DNA of 63,981 nucleotides, the filler included, from Octopus bimaculoides (Eukaryota): the NCBI RefSeq assembly GCF_001194135.2. It is 6 parts of 5 records of this genome, joined end to end, with 100 filler letters (N's around TTAATTAATTAA, not from the genome) between each part and the next. Parts side by side here need not be neighbours in the genome. Positions count along the whole stretch, not along the records: positions 61,251 to 63,981 come from NC_068993.1; 5 more parts are not named here. The stretch is one strand, 5' to 3'. Within the stretch, counting starts at the first letter, position 1; each line of letters starts with the position of its first letter. The position numbers and the translations under genes were made by a program. The notes below the pieces were generated by a model. The model was not told the origin of the DNA. It made no database searches and worked only from the letters and a program-made list of their open reading frames with translations. Shown here one piece after another: positions 63,661 to 63,981 of the stretch.

Positions 63661-63981
63661 ATATCTAAAAACAGAAACAATTCCTATCATAGTAGGTGCC
63701 TTAGGTATAATACAAAAATATTCAGACAAATACATAACAAAAACACCAGGACTTACAAATATATATAACATACAGAAAATTGCACTACTGGGTACTGCAC
63801 ACATTCTACGCAAAACACTTTCAATACAGTAAACATGAGAGCACCACAGCAAACCACAGCACATATACAAGGCGCACAGAGCTGCGCTCGGTAGTGAAGT
63901 GAAAGCACGTTATAAAAATAAAACTACTGAACAATAATAATAATAATAATGATAATAATAATAATAATAATAATAATAATA
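63661..63981 (+). mobile_element. Young R4/Dong-like 3'-end copy between (AAT)n tracts
   Basis: LKTETIPIIVGALG...LLGTAHILRKTLSIQ*; near-identical to 42662-42915 (-). Confidence 0.88.

Overview
AT-rich, microsatellite-dense, gap-rich metazoan genomic DNA. The SINE families and repeat content point to a coleoid cephalopod, most likely Octopus (inference from recalled repeat families, not a database search). I can support no intact host protein-coding gene; almost all long ORFs in the track are microsatellite or N-run artefacts. The window is a transposon graveyard: several tRNA-type SINE families, RTE, CR1-like, HERO/NeSL-like and R4/Dong-like LINE fragments, two mariner relics, a hAT MITE, a foldback element, and two different Penelope-like element (PLE) clusters (16.7-22.4 kb, Neptune-like RT+GIY-YIG in inverted copies; 44.5-46.2 kb, Poseidon-like RT). 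The main non-obvious signal is a minimal type I hammerhead-ribozyme motif (CUGAUGA - stem II - GAAAC GUU, palindromic stem III implying dimeric folding) inside a ~150-180 bp repeat present four times at 41.4-47.4 kb. Two copies bracket the PLE ORF like pseudo-LTRs and two are solo copies ending at the same base. An unrelated hammerhead-shaped relic lies at 56.26 kb. All copies here carry mutations, so activity is unproven. Secondary signals: retroelements stacked in (TAA)n tracts, a templated 160-bp insertion in a CR1 ORF, a SINE/SINE chimera, head-to-head SINE pairs, and a compact GC-box/CCAAT/E-box/TATA cassette at 21.24-21.36 kb. Element boundaries are approximate unless a TSD or TIR is quoted.
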